DNA of 64,000 nucleotides. It comes from Phycisphaerales bacterium (GTDB lineage Bacteria > Planctomycetota > Phycisphaerae > WQYP01). Shown one piece after another: positions 48,441 through 59,504 of this stretch (the first letter of the stretch is position 1; every line of letters begins with the position of its first letter). A program made the translations under genes and the position numbers. Location of the stretch: assembly GCA_027451365.1 (NCBI GenBank), contig DAIDJN010000041.1:1-64000 (forward strand), read 5' to 3'. The notes below the pieces were generated by a model. The model was not told the origin of the DNA and did not search any database. It saw only the letters and a list, made by a program, of their open reading frames with translations.

Positions 48441-50081
48441 ATGTTCAAAGCGTTTGACGGGTTACGTGCGGGCAGCCTTCTAATCGCGGCGGGCACGGCA
48501 GTCGCCCTGATGATGATAACCGCTGGCCTCAGTGCGTCGGCGGCTGGCGTTCCGATCGCAACCCCCGTGCCGACGGCCACCCTTTCCCGGACCTACTACA
48601 TTAATGCCCTTACCGGTCGCAATGCCAATTCCGGTACCCGTAGAAATGCTCCCTGGCGAACACTGGCCCGTGTTAACAAGCAGATATTCAAGCCGGGAGA
48701 TCGTGTCTTGTTTCGCGCGGGCGATGTCTGGCATGGTCAACTGAACTTACGCGGACAGGGCACAGCCGGAATGCCGATCAGGGTGGATTCTTATGGCTCC
48801 GGTCCACTTCCGGTAATTAACATGGGCCGGACGACGGGGGCAGCAGTCAGTGTCATCAATGAAGGGTACTGGGAAATTCGTCATCTGTGCATGACCAGCA
48901 CCGCCGACGTAACATCCCCCAAAGGACCAAGATTGGGCCTTCTGGTGAATTCAACCTGTCACCATATACTCCACCATATTGTCATCGAGAATTGTCTGAT
49001 ACGCCATATCATCGGCGGCGTTTCCCACTATGACAGCGGCGGCATATTTGTCGGACTTAACGGATGGATATCTCGCAATGCACCGTTTTCAACATACCGT
49101 GATGTAAAAATAAGCCACAACACCATCACCGATGTCGACCGTTGCGGCATCGTGGTCTGGACGCCCGCCAATAGCAATTACTTTTATAATATGGCGAATT
49201 CCCAACACTTAACCGGCCCTTTGCTGGCGAGCCGGGACGTGGTGGTATCGCACAATCATTTAAGCAACCTGGGCGGTGACGCCATTCTGGTGCTGGGCAG
49301 CGTCGGAGCCATGGTCGACTATAACCATGTCCATAACAGTTGTCTTAGGACGAAATTTGGTCAGCGCGGGAACCGTTATTCGGCGGCGGTCTGGCTGCAC
49401 AGTTGTTCGCGATCGGTGATGCAATTTAACAAGGTCTTTGACAGCCGTCCCCAGCCTGGCAACACGGACGCGGAAGCATTTGATTTTGACTTCGGATGCC
49501 GACACTGCGTTTTGCAATACAACTTCAGTCAAGGCAACTGGGGTGGATTGTTGCTGATCATGGGCAGCGCCAAGGACAACATCGTGCGTTATAACATCAG
49601 CGTCAACGACGTTCCGCCGCAGTATGCTTCCAATATTCCTGTCGCCGTCAGAAATGCCATGCCGGGAAGCGAGCATTTATTGTATCTCCCAAGCCATGCG
49701 CAGAATAACAATCTCATTTATAATAATGATTTCTTTGTCAGTCGCGGCACGGGCGTGATTTACACCGGTGCTAAGCGCTTTGCAAACAACATATTTTATG
49801 CCGTTGGGAAGGGAATTTTCAGTACGAATGGCCCGGTAACGGCCGGACAGTTTGTCCACAACGATTATTTCGGTCCCTGGCAGGGGGTGCCCCCCTCGCC
49901 TAAAGCCAACCTGCAGGTGAATCCGGAGTTCGTTAATATCAGAGGACAAGATTTCCGCTTGCGTCAGGATTCCCCGCTTATCAATCGCGGCTTGGCGGTG
50001 CCGGATAATGGCAGACGGGATTATTTTGACCGAGCTTTGCAGCGCGGCACCAGCATTGGTGCGTCCCAGGGACTGCAATAA
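48441..50081 (+). CDS. Secreted right-handed beta-helix (pectin lyase fold) protein
   Basis: Signal peptide; TYYIN..GRNANSGT..APWRTL, PGDRVLFRAG, Asn-ladder repeats, DAEAFDFD, QYNFS, DFRLRQDSPLIN. Confidence 0.8.
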   Translation: MFKAFDGLRAGSLLIAAGTAVALMMITAGLSASAAGVPIATPVPTATLSRTYYINALTGRNANSGTRRNAPWRTLARVNKQIFKPGDRVLFRAGDVWHGQLNLRGQGTAGMPIRVDSYGSGPLPVINMGRTTGAAVSVINEGYWEIRHLCMTSTADVTSPKGPRLGLLVNSTCHHILHHIVIENCLIRHIIGGVSHYDSGGIFVGLNGWISRNAPFSTYRDVKISHNTITDVDRCGIVVWTPANSNYFYNMANSQHLTGPLLASRDVVVSHNHLSNLGGDAILVLGSVGAMVDYNHVHNSCLRTKFGQRGNRYSAAVWLHSCSRSVMQFNKVFDSRPQPGNTDAEAFDFDFGCRHCVLQYNFSQGNWGGLLLIMGSAKDNIVRYNISVNDVPPQYASNIPVAVRNAMPGSEHLLYLPSHAQNNNLIYNNDFFVSRGTGVIYTGAKRFANNIFYAVGKGIFSTNGPVTAGQFVHNDYFGPWQGVPPSPKANLQVNPEFVNIRGQDFRLRQDSPLINRGLAVPDNGRRDYFDRALQRGTSIGASQGLQ

Positions 50082-50134
50082 AAAGCTGCGCCAATTAACC
50101 GCGAATACTTACTGTTTTTTTAAAAAGGGAAATT

Positions 50135-51352
50135 TTGATGCTACCTTCCTGCTTCGCCCGACGGTCTCAAGGCATCGCCTATTACCCTCAATCACTGGCA
50201 AGTCGTGGCCATTCGGGCCGCCCACTCACCTTAGTCTGCCTGATTCTGATACTGCTGATGACCACCGGGGTACCTGCGGCTTTGCACGCGGCAGCCGCCA
50301 GTCGTAATTTTCTGGCTGGGGCGGATGTTTCGTATTTTGGCTACATCGAATCCCATGGCGGCGTTTACCGGTATAACCGCCGGCCGGTTGGATTGATTCA
50401 AGCCTTAAAGCAATCGGGCTGCAATTGCCTGCGATTGCGGCTGTGGCATCACGCGACGGCGCTTGAGAAATCACAATTTAGCAAACTGGGGACGCTCAAT
50501 GATTTGGCGTATACATTGCCGCTGGCCCGGAAAATTAAGAAAGCCGGACTTTATTTTATTCTGGACATGCATTTTTCGGATACCTGGGCTGATCCCAGTG
50601 ATCAGTTTACCCCGGCTGCCTGGCGGAATCTGCCGCTGCCCCAATTGCGTCTGCGACTGCGTGCGTATTGCCAACGCGTGATTACAACACTGCGGAAGGC
50701 CCACGCCATGCCGAATATGGTACTGGTGGGCAATGAGATTAATAATGGGATGCTTTGGCCGCAGGGAAAATTGTGGGTAAACCATAAGGCGCGGTGGAAT
50801 CGCCTGTCGTCGCTTCTGAAGGCCGCAATCGCTGGTGTTTACGCGGGCAGTGGATCGCATAAACCCAAGATCATGATCCAGTTAGCCGATTCCTCGTATG
50901 CCCCGGAATTTTACCGACAGCTCATTGTCCATGGCGTGCATTTTGATGTGATCGGGTATGACTTTTATACCTATTGGGGCGGTACGCTAAAAAATCTGCG
51001 ATCGCAACTTATTAAACTGGCTGATTCCGTGCACAAACCCATTATCGTTGCGGAAACGAATTATCCGTGGAGTAACGACACGCACAGTGCCCATGAGAAA
51101 TCCAAACCGGGAATGCAATTTCCGTTCACACCCGCGGGACAGGCGCAGTATGCACAAGCGGTAATCAACATCGTGAAAGCTTTGCCCGACCATCTGGGGC
51201 GGGGCGTCTGGTGGTGGGGATCGGAGTATAATCCGGATCAGAAGGACTTTGCGGATAATCCATGGTCTTATCGGTCTCTCTTCGACAAGCACGGCAACGC
51301 ATTGCCGGCGGTGCGGGTTTTGGGGAGGGCGGCGCGCAATCAGGTCAAATAG
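50135..51352 (+). CDS. GH53 arabinogalactan endo-beta-1,4-galactanase
   Basis: GADVS, RLRLW, DMHFSDTWADP, VGNEINNGMLWP, AETNYP, GVWWW, SLFD. The true start may lie further downstream. Confidence 0.92.
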   Translation: MMLPSCFARRSQGIAYYPQSLASRGHSGRPLTLVCLILILLMTTGVPAALHAAAASRNFLAGADVSYFGYIESHGGVYRYNRRPVGLIQALKQSGCNCLRLRLWHHATALEKSQFSKLGTLNDLAYTLPLARKIKKAGLYFILDMHFSDTWADPSDQFTPAAWRNLPLPQLRLRLRAYCQRVITTLRKAHAMPNMVLVGNEINNGMLWPQGKLWVNHKARWNRLSSLLKAAIAGVYAGSGSHKPKIMIQLADSSYAPEFYRQLIVHGVHFDVIGYDFYTYWGGTLKNLRSQLIKLADSVHKPIIVAETNYPWSNDTHSAHEKSKPGMQFPFTPAGQAQYAQAVINIVKALPDHLGRGVWWWGSEYNPDQKDFADNPWSYRSLFDKHGNALPAVRVLGRAARNQVK

Positions 51353-51377
51353 CGCCGTTATTTTTACGCTTTTAGTG

Positions 51378-51424
51378 TTGACAATCCGATGTTTAAAATG
51401 CATAATAGGTTAAGTATTTGTCCA
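51378..51424 (+). promoter_or_regulatory. sigma70-like promoter plus operator upstream of the prepilin gene
   Basis: TTGACA-17-CATAAT (51378-51406), then AGGTTAAGTATTTGTCCA (51407-51424). Confidence 0.7.
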
Positions 51425-51519
51425 TCAATCGCGAGGTTTACAATGTTCGCACGGTTTTAAAGGCGCACGCATAAAAAACTGTCGGCCTAATATATCTGTA
51501 ACCTAAAAGGGATGTCGCC

Positions 51520-52410
51520 ATGAAATGCTACAGACGAGTTCAGATATCAAATAATAAATTGCGAATATCCGGGTTTACGGTCGTGGAGCTTTTGACGGTT
51601 ATTGCGGTTATCGTAATTCTAATTGCATTATTGCTGCCGGCTCTAAGGCAAGCCAGACTGCTCGCAAATCGAGTTGTTTGCGCTTCTAACCTGCGATCTA
51701 TTGGCCTGGCGAACAGGATTTATTCAATCCAATACGATGGTTCATACCCACCGGTCGACATTGGCGTATGGCCAATGGACGTGGGCTGGAATATCAACAG
51801 AAACCACTATGTTATCGGAAATGCGTCGGGACCTGCCATCTTATACAACACGGGCATTTTGCCCAACCCCGCAGTATATTATTGCCCCGAATCCGGCATT
51901 TTTGACAACCCGGCCTACGTGAATACGTTGTATGGTATACCTATTACTCCCGGATCCCAAAGTTATGAGTATGCCGCCATCAGCTATTGCTATTACGTGG
52001 GCCGAGGAGAAGGTGCTTTCGATTTCGACGGAAATGGCTGGGTCAAATTGATTGCAACAACGGGTTACGTGACAAATCCGACAACTCAGGCGGTTTATAA
52101 CAACAACTATCTTGATCCACTGCATCCTTTCGCTCAGTCGCCAATCAGCAATCCGGCGACTATTGTCGCCTCAGACGTTATGGTCAGCCAGGGTAGCAGT
52201 TGGTTCTTCAATGCCAGTCTTTCCAACGGTGGCGCTCATGTGGCAAATGGAGTGATTGCACCTTGGTCCAATCATGTCACAAGCGCCATCGGCGCACCCG
52301 ATGGCGGCAATGATCTTTACAATGATTGCTCGGTTTCGTGGGTAGGTTTTCCCTTCCTCCAATGCCGTTACACCTACCCGGCCTCAAACCAGTTGAACTT
52401 CTGGCAGTAA
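51520..52410 (+). CDS. Prepilin-type N-methylation domain protein (DUF1559/H-X9-DG-like)
   Basis: [27 protein letters not shown]....[12 protein letters not shown]-terminal NH...[11 protein letters not shown]. Confidence 0.9.
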   Translation: MKCYRRVQISNNKLRISGFTVVELLTVIAVIVILIALLLPALRQARLLANRVVCASNLRSIGLANRIYSIQYDGSYPPVDIGVWPMDVGWNINRNHYVIGNASGPAILYNTGILPNPAVYYCPESGIFDNPAYVNTLYGIPITPGSQSYEYAAISYCYYVGRGEGAFDFDGNGWVKLIATTGYVTNPTTQAVYNNNYLDPLHPFAQSPISNPATIVASDVMVSQGSSWFFNASLSNGGAHVANGVIAPWSNHVTSAIGAPDGGNDLYNDCSVSWVGFPFLQCRYTYPASNQLNFWQ

Positions 52411-52642
52411 GCACTCGCCCGCGAGCAATTCAACTTAATACGGGTTAATGCAGGGATTGTGCAGTAGTTTCTCCGCTCGCCTGGTGTCACACCCAGTCAT
52501 AGTCGCCGGACTTCCTGGCCCCTTGCCACCGGCATCGCGGCCGGGATATCAGCGCGTGCCGCCCTGATGACCGCTGCAATGTGGTGCACGGTGCACTGTG
52601 TACAATCGCTGTTCCATTGTGTGCGTTGGGAGCCGGCCCGGG

Positions 52643-53575
52643 CTATTTCCCAGCCTGGGCTGCCCGTGGCAGAAATTTCATTTTCTGGAGCCATGCTTTG
52701 CAGTCGGCGGGCCACTGAATTGAATCGGTACCGCCGCGCCCCATGCTGAACCCATGTTGTCCGTGTTTGAATTCGACAAACTTAACTGGAACATGCACCT
52801 GCTTAAGAGCCTTATAAAAATCGATGCTGTTGAGCGGGTTGACCACGTTATCGTCCGCAGCGCAGCAGATAAATGTCGGCGGCGTGAGCCTGCAGACCGT
52901 GAGTTCATTGGAATAATACCGATCCAGTTCCAGCGAAGCTTTGTGACCGAGCAGTTCATAATGCGACTGTGGATGCGTAAGCCCGGGCATCATGGAAATC
53001 ACCGGGTAGCACAACACCAAAAAGTCGGGCCTGGTGCTGAAGCGGTTAAGCGGATCAGATGCACGGGGGTTGCCGGGCAGAAAGTGTGTGCCGGCCATGG
53101 CGGCCAGATGTCCACCGGCCGAGAAGCCCATCACGCCTATCCGATGGGGATTGATTTTCCACTTCCGTGCATTGGCTCGTAAAATCTGCACGGCGCGGCG
53201 CACATCCTGCAAGGGCAGCGGCACGCCATTCTTGGGCAGCCGCCTTAAGGGCAACCGGTACTTAAGCACAAAGGCACTCACGCCCAGGGAGTTCATCCAC
53301 TGACCGGGTGCATACCCCTCACCGCCCATGACTTCATAGGCGTAGGCTCCGCCAGGGCAGATCACCACTGCCGTACCGTTGGGATGCGGTGCCAGCATAA
53401 CTGTCAACGTGGGCCATTCATTGTTATTGGCGTTCTGCCACTTCCTGGGCACATTGAGTTTCGGCCAGACGGGAATAATTTTTCGTACGGTCGCCGCATG
53501 CGTCGGCGCGGCCGGCAGTGCGATACAAAAGAAACCCAGTAAGCCAAGGCTCGCCAAAAAAGTACTTCGCGCCAT
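52643..53575 (-). CDS. Secreted alpha/beta hydrolase (BD-FAE/acetylxylan esterase-like)
   Basis: PGGAY, GFSAGGH, RPDF, DDNVV, HGF; AGGAG RBS. Confidence 0.88.
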   Translation of the reverse strand: MARSTFLASLGLLGFFCIALPAAPTHAATVRKIIPVWPKLNVPRKWQNANNNEWPTLTVMLAPHPNGTAVVICPGGAYAYEVMGGEGYAPGQWMNSLGVSAFVLKYRLPLRRLPKNGVPLPLQDVRRAVQILRANARKWKINPHRIGVMGFSAGGHLAAMAGTHFLPGNPRASDPLNRFSTRPDFLVLCYPVISMMPGLTHPQSHYELLGHKASLELDRYYSNELTVCRLTPPTFICCAADDNVVNPLNSIDFYKALKQVHVPVKFVEFKHGQHGFSMGRGGTDSIQWPADCKAWLQKMKFLPRAAQAGK

Positions 53576-53673
53576 ATTGAACTCCTTTGTAGGTTGATAT
53601 TGAAAAAGCGTCATTTCCGCATCTTTCGGACGCGTCGCCGGCATGGCGCGCATCCTTGGCCGACCGCAGGCGC

Positions 53674-55023
53674 TTACCGCACCGGTTTTACATTCAGCAG
53701 GCGGCAGGCATGTGATTGCAACACCGTGCTAAACCCGTGGGCAAAGTTACCCAAGATTTTGTGCTGCCATAAATCTTTGACTGTGGCCGCGCCATGAAGC
53801 CCAAGTTGCCGCCAGCGAATGCTCGCCTTTCCGGTCTTCGGTCCCGTGTTAAAAAAGGCCACTGTATAAGTTCCATTGGCATTGGCTATACGCCAAACCA
53901 TTTCCTGGGTGGCCAAGGTAAAGGGTGTGGCGGGGCGGCCAGCCTGATCAATAGCGATGACGGAGCGGTTAGTCATGATCTTAAAATCAGTGGGATTCAA
54001 ATGCGTTAAATCGGTGCCAAAATAAAGTGGCGCACAACTGATGCACCACAAGGTCATGGTTGTTTGTCGCTCGGCCAGGGTTAGGCCGTCGCGTTGGCCA
54101 TTGCCCAACTCCAGTGAATCAAGGTCGTTCCAGCCGCCGGGACCGGCATATTTTGCCCAACTGCCCGAGTCATAAAAGCGTTGTTGCACGTTGTTCCACT
54201 TGGTAAAATCCTTACCGGTTTCAATATCGTAATCCACGCGCCAGCCGTTGGTATATTTTCGCCAGAAGGCGGCGTATTTAAAGCTCAGGCTGTTGGATAA
54301 TTCATACCAGATGGGCCGGTGGGTATTGGCCAGGGCCTCTGCCCAATGGGCAATGTCCGGGCAATTGTTGGTATGCCTGAACCCCTGCACTCCGCCGCCC
54401 GGCCCCACAAAATCCATCTTGATAAAATCCACGCCCCAACGAGCCAGTAAATTGGCGCAGCTCTGGACGTAGGCCATTGCCCCGGGTTTGCTGTAGTCAA
54501 TTTTGCGATAGCCGTGGCCCAGCGTGTTGCCGCTGCGATGGGGATAAGTGATGTCCGCAATGCGATAATGGGTACCAAATATTTTACAGTTGGCACGGTA
54601 AAGACCCGGGCTGATGCCTGGGATCAGGTAGACGCCCAATTTAAGTTTGCGGGCGTGCAGCCACCGGGCCATGCCCGCCATACCGTCGGGAAATCGCTTT
54701 AAATTTGGCTTCGGACGGCCATATTTATCGAATCCTCCGCTCCAACCGGCATCAATATTCACATATCGATACCCGAACGGAAGAAGCCGCTTTGCCAGCA
54801 CGCGCGCCTGCGCCTTCACCTTGGCCTCGGTTGGATCACCTTGCAGGAAACTCCAACTGCTCCAGCCCATGTAGGGGCGCAAGGCCGGTTCGGCCTTCTT
54901 AAAAGTCGCGGCGTCCGATTGCGGCTGGAGGATCGTCGCAGTGGCGGCAACCGCAGCGGCATTGCCTGCCGCCACAACCGCAATTGCCAGCAGTATCATC
55001 CAAACGATAAATCTATTTTGCAT
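53674..55023 (-). CDS. Secreted GH27 glycosidase (alpha-galactosidase family)
   Basis: MGWSSW, NIDAGW, KMDF nucleophile, WRVDYDI, GWNDLDSL. Confidence 0.9.
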   Translation of the reverse strand: MQNRFIVWMILLAIAVVAAGNAAAVAATATILQPQSDAATFKKAEPALRPYMGWSSWSFLQGDPTEAKVKAQARVLAKRLLPFGYRYVNIDAGWSGGFDKYGRPKPNLKRFPDGMAGMARWLHARKLKLGVYLIPGISPGLYRANCKIFGTHYRIADITYPHRSGNTLGHGYRKIDYSKPGAMAYVQSCANLLARWGVDFIKMDFVGPGGGVQGFRHTNNCPDIAHWAEALANTHRPIWYELSNSLSFKYAAFWRKYTNGWRVDYDIETGKDFTKWNNVQQRFYDSGSWAKYAGPGGWNDLDSLELGNGQRDGLTLAERQTTMTLWCISCAPLYFGTDLTHLNPTDFKIMTNRSVIAIDQAGRPATPFTLATQEMVWRIANANGTYTVAFFNTGPKTGKASIRWRQLGLHGAATVKDLWQHKILGNFAHGFSTVLQSHACRLLNVKPVR

Positions 55024-55040
55024 ATGACCGGAATCCAAAT

Positions 55041-55095
55041 TGAACAAATACTTGTGCATATTTTTAACCTTAGCTGCACGCCAATATTCTGTCAA
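55041..55095 (-). promoter_or_regulatory. sigma70-like promoter plus operator for the GH27-esterase operon
   Basis: Minus strand TTGACA-17-TAAGGT (55095-55067); operator TGAACAAATACTTGTGCA at 55041-55058. Confidence 0.65.
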
Positions 55096-55288
55096 GATCA
55101 GCCTGCGTGAGGGGCGGGCTGACAGATGACCGATTGGACGGCCGAAATTTGTACCGTGGCGCACAGAAATATAAAAAAAACGACAAAAATGCGAATACGC
55201 GAATTATCGCACTTCGCAGTATACCCGTCATCGCGGCGGCCAACGCTGATCTCCCGGGGCGGATGCGGCAATGGCGTCAACTGGCTAT

Positions 55289-55326
55289 TTGACGCCATTC
55301 ATGAATGTTGGTAAAATACTGTACCA
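55289..55326 (+). promoter_or_regulatory. sigma70-like promoter plus operator for the GH29 gene
   Basis: TTGACG-17-TAAAAT; TGGTAAAATACTGTACCA (55309-55326) overlaps the -10. Confidence 0.65.
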
Positions 55327-55362
55327 AGTGTGGATATTGGATTCATTTCATAAGGAATCGCA

Positions 55363-56688
55363 ATGCATTTAACTCGAAAGTCTATGCTTTATCGCCGCGG
55401 TGCCAAGATGCTCGGCGCAGGGATGCTGCTGATTGCGCTGGTGACGGGCGCGGGCCAATCTGTGGCCGCCGCAGCGACCAATGCAAGCTGGTGGTCACAC
55501 GATCGGTTTGGCATTTTTATTCACTGGGGGCTTTACGCCCTGCCAGCCCAAGGCGAATGGTACATGAATAACGGCCATATTCCTCGCAAAGTTTATGCGA
55601 AATATGCCAAATCGTTCGATCCGGTGGATTTTAACGCCAATACGTGGGTTTCAATTTTCAAAAAGGCCGGTGCTGGTTACGTGGTGTTTACGACCAAGCA
55701 CCATGACGGCTTCTGCATGTTTAAGACAAACGCTACCAAATATAATGTCGTAGATGCAACGCCGTGGCATTCCGACCCAACTGCCGCGCTGGCGGCCGCT
55801 TGCAAAAAATATGCGCTGCGCTTCTGCACCTATTATTCGGTGATGGACTGGCATTCCCGCGATCAGCGTGCGGCCCATCCCAGCCCGACGCATCCCACGT
55901 ACGATCCTACTATCCTCCCGCCTGATCGCAATGCCGCGTATGTCAAGTACATGCGACGCCAGATTCATGAGCTGGTTCGGCAGTATCACACCAATTTATT
56001 CTGGTTTGATGGCGGCTGGATTACGGGATGGACCAAGGCCGATTCGCTCAATATTTATAACTATATCAAGAGTTTGAATCCGAATATTCTGGTCAACGAC
56101 CGGTTAGGCAACGGGGTGGGCGATTATGGCACACCCGAGCAGCATATTCCTCCCCAGGGGCTGCCCGGCCACTGGGAAACCTGCATGACCATCAACAGCG
56201 ACTGGGGCTACTGCCGCACTGACCACAATTGGAAATCGGTTGCAACACTGATTACGAACCTGATTCACTGTGCCAGCGGCGGCGGGAACTTTCTGCTGAA
56301 TGTCGGCCCCAATGCCAAGGGCATTATTCCACAGCCTGAAGTGGATCGGCTGCTGGCGATGGGCAAGTGGCTCAAAGTGAACGGAACTGCTATTTATGGC
56401 ACGCATCGCACACCGTTTAAGGAGAAACTGCCCTTTGGCTACGCCACGCAGAAGCCCGGCAGGTTGTTTCTTGAAATAACCCATTGGCCTGCGGATCATC
56501 GCATTACTGTGCCGATGCGCAGTAAAATCATCTCGGCTAATATGCTTACCGCGCCGAACGATGCACTGCGGGTTGCCGCATCGGCTGGCGGGCAAATAAT
56601 TGAATTGCCGCCAACCGCGCCCGATAAAATTGCCAGCGTCGTGGTATGTCATGTTGCAGAACCGATAGAACCCACCGTGACAAAATAA
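55363..56688 (+). CDS. GH29 alpha-L-fucosidase
   Basis: FGIFIHWGLY, TTKHHDGF, YYSVMDW, WFDG nucleophile, NDR, TPEQ, WETCMT, LLNVGP. Confidence 0.95.
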   Translation: MHLTRKSMLYRRGAKMLGAGMLLIALVTGAGQSVAAAATNASWWSHDRFGIFIHWGLYALPAQGEWYMNNGHIPRKVYAKYAKSFDPVDFNANTWVSIFKKAGAGYVVFTTKHHDGFCMFKTNATKYNVVDATPWHSDPTAALAAACKKYALRFCTYYSVMDWHSRDQRAAHPSPTHPTYDPTILPPDRNAAYVKYMRRQIHELVRQYHTNLFWFDGGWITGWTKADSLNIYNYIKSLNPNILVNDRLGNGVGDYGTPEQHIPPQGLPGHWETCMTINSDWGYCRTDHNWKSVATLITNLIHCASGGGNFLLNVGPNAKGIIPQPEVDRLLAMGKWLKVNGTAIYGTHRTPFKEKLPFGYATQKPGRLFLEITHWPADHRITVPMRSKIISANMLTAPNDALRVAASAGGQIIELPPTAPDKIASVVVCHVAEPIEPTVTK

Positions 56689-57221
56689 TCCTGCCAGTAC
56701 GAGGTCCATACCGTTGCCCAAAAATACATGTTGCATATGTATCCCATTTGTACACGGCGGCTGCGGACGGACGTGCTGCGATTTGCGGTTGTTGTATAAA
56801 AGGCCAAATGGCAACTGTGCTTCGGAGATTGGTAATGCTTTTGCCATCGGCAATTGACCTGCGGATGATGGGGTGTCTATGTGATTTGGCAAATTGAATT
56901 TCCGGAATATTCATCGGCAGCGACTGATACTGGTCGGCGACTGCTGGCCGCTTGGAACCTAAATATCGGACTCTTCGTGCAAAAGAGCCAGTTGGTTATG
57001 GCCTTGCCGATTAGCCAAACTTGCGGCAATTTCAGCGCACTTGGCAGAAGGGCGCATACCTTGCCGTGCAGGCTTCAAGGTTCCACGGCCATTCCATGGT
57101 AAACGATTCTCAAGAAAGTAGTGCGCAAATGCTTGTTTCATGCAATAACCGCGAGTACAAATCGTTTTAACACTATTGAGCCGGGCGGCCCATTGCTTCG
57201 TTTTTTTGGAGATGTCTTTTT

Positions 57222-59267
57222 ATGAAACACCACGATGCCCTCGGAAAAAATGCGCAATCAAGGCGTACTGTGGTGAAGGTGGTCGCGGTTGCGGTCGTCG
57301 GTGCGATAGGGACCTCGGCCGTGCGGGGGGCAGCGGCAACCCGCGTGGTGCACGTTGAAGACCTGAGTTTGAAAAATATACTTCAAGGCTGGGGTGTGCC
57401 ACACAAAAACCGCAGCGTGGACAATACTCCAATCATCATCGCCGGTAAGCACTTCAAACGCGGCATTGGTACCCATGCCCAAAGCGTCTTTAGAATTGCA
57501 CTGCACCAACAGGCGGAAAAGTTTACGGCCTTGGTCGGGCTTGATGCCACCGCAGGCGATCACGGTGCAGTCATATTTGAAGTGCTGGCCGATAACAAAG
57601 TTGTAGCGCAAAGCCCGTTGATGAAAGGGGGCGAAGCGGCCCGGCCGATCAGCGCGGACCTCCGCGGAGCCCATTACATGACACTGCTGGTGAAAACCGG
57701 CCCCTATGGCATGGACTTTTGCCATGCCGACTGGGCCGATCCGGTGATTACGCTGATCGCGGGTGCGACGAAACTGCCAGATTCCGCGGCGCGTTACGAA
57801 GGTGCCGATGTGGTTCCGGAAATTGCCAGTGGCGACCCCCCGCAGCCGGAATTTCATGGGCCGCGAGTGGTGGGTGCCACACCCGGGCGCGACTTTTTGT
57901 TTTTAGTGCCGCACACCGGGCAGGCTCCTGTAACTTTGCTGGCCGAGGGTTTGCCGCCGGGCCTTACAATGACGGAAGCTGGTGTAATCTCGGGCAAAAT
58001 TGCCGCCGCTGGGGAGTACAAAGTTCGTTTGACCGCGAAAAACAGCGTGGGTTCAGCGAGCCGCACGTTACGCCTCGTGGCCGGCGAACACCAATTGGCC
58101 ATGACGCCTCCCATGGGCTGGAATTCGTGGAACGCATTTGGCATGGACAATAGCGCTCGGCGCACCATGGGGTCAGCCGATGCCATGATTAGCAGCGGAC
58201 TGGCTGCCAAAGGGTTTAATTACATCAATATTGACGACGGCTGGCAGAATGGTCGTGACGAACAGGGCGAAATACTTACGACGCCAAAATTTGGCGATAT
58301 GAAAAAACTCTCCGATTATGTGCACAGCAAAGGGCTGCGTTTTGGCTTGTATTCTTCCCCGGGAAAAATGACCTGTGGACAACATACCGGCAGCTTCGGG
58401 CACGAAGCCCAGGATGCCAAAACCTATGCCCGGTGGGGTGTGGATTATCTCAAATACGACTGGTGCAGCTATGGTGACCAGGTGCCACAAAACCCCAGCC
58501 TCCAGCAATATATGCATCCGTACGTGGTGATGCGCCAGGCTCTGGATGCGGTAGACAGGGATATTTTCTTCAGCCTGTGCCAATACGGGATGGGGCACGT
58601 ATGGACGTGGGGCGGCCGCGAACCGGTATGGGGCAACAGCTACCGCATCAGCGGCGACATCAACGACTCCTGGGATTCCATGATGAATAACGGATTTCGC
58701 GCCGACCGGGCGCTGTTTCCGTTTGCTGGACCAGGCCACTGGAATGATCCGGATATGCTGGTGGTTGGCTACGGCAGCTTTGAAGATGGGCCGCTGCACT
58801 GGAGCAAGTTAACACCCGGCGAGCAGCAAACGCATATCACGCAATGGTGCATGCTGGCCGCTCCTCTGCTGCTGGGATGTAATCTGGAGCATCTTAACAA
58901 GTTCACCATTGATTTGATGACCAATACCGAGGTCTTGGCCGTCAATCAGGATGAAATCGGCGTGCAGGCGCAGTGCATGAATCGCGACCAAGGCACGGGT
59001 GTTGAAATTTGGGGCCGCCCGCTTTGGGATGGCACCGTCGCGGTGGCTTTGTATAACCTTGGGTTGATGCCGGCAAAGGCCAACATCCCCTCGTGGAGCA
59101 TGCTGGACATGGTGCTTACTCCGAACCAAAAAGCGCTGCGCGGCAAGCAGCCTGTGCGCGACTTATGGAAGCGCAAAAGTCTGGGTGAGCGAGCCGGGCT
59201 GGCGATGGAAGTTCCGGCCCACGGCGCGATCATGCTGAAGATCGGCCAGCCGCGAATGGAAGATTAA
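57222..59267 (+). CDS. NPCBM - Ig-like (He_PIG) - GH27 alpha-galactosidase
   Basis: QGWG..RGIGTHA..HADWAD (NPCBM), GLPPGL (Ig), TPPMGWNSWN, IDDGW, KYDWC, SGDI, WNDPDML. Confidence 0.93.
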   Translation: MKHHDALGKNAQSRRTVVKVVAVAVVGAIGTSAVRGAAATRVVHVEDLSLKNILQGWGVPHKNRSVDNTPIIIAGKHFKRGIGTHAQSVFRIALHQQAEKFTALVGLDATAGDHGAVIFEVLADNKVVAQSPLMKGGEAARPISADLRGAHYMTLLVKTGPYGMDFCHADWADPVITLIAGATKLPDSAARYEGADVVPEIASGDPPQPEFHGPRVVGATPGRDFLFLVPHTGQAPVTLLAEGLPPGLTMTEAGVISGKIAAAGEYKVRLTAKNSVGSASRTLRLVAGEHQLAMTPPMGWNSWNAFGMDNSARRTMGSADAMISSGLAAKGFNYINIDDGWQNGRDEQGEILTTPKFGDMKKLSDYVHSKGLRFGLYSSPGKMTCGQHTGSFGHEAQDAKTYARWGVDYLKYDWCSYGDQVPQNPSLQQYMHPYVVMRQALDAVDRDIFFSLCQYGMGHVWTWGGREPVWGNSYRISGDINDSWDSMMNNGFRADRALFPFAGPGHWNDPDMLVVGYGSFEDGPLHWSKLTPGEQQTHITQWCMLAAPLLLGCNLEHLNKFTIDLMTNTEVLAVNQDEIGVQAQCMNRDQGTGVEIWGRPLWDGTVAVALYNLGLMPAKANIPSWSMLDMVLTPNQKALRGKQPVRDLWKRKSLGERAGLAMEVPAHGAIMLKIGQPRMED

Positions 59268-59504
59268 TTTATGTCAGTGCAGGGTGGCCGCCGCAGTGGA
59301 CCGATACAGGTGCTCGATGGTGGAGACGACGGTGCACAAGGCGCGGCCTCTCCCGCATAAACCCGCGGCGGCTTGCACGGATCGCAAAGACGGCAATTGG
59401 CCTATGCGCGCGTGGCGTACAAGCCGCGGGTCGAGGTTTACCATTGCTCGCGATCCGCAATCTGATTTGTCGGGCGCGTCCTGAATTGTCACGCATTTTC
59501 ATTT

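Noticed and set aside
55271..55298. Perfect 10-bp inverted repeat ATGGCGTCAA/TTGACGCCAT over the GH29 -35
   Set aside because: Single occurrence; cannot distinguish a second operator from chance.
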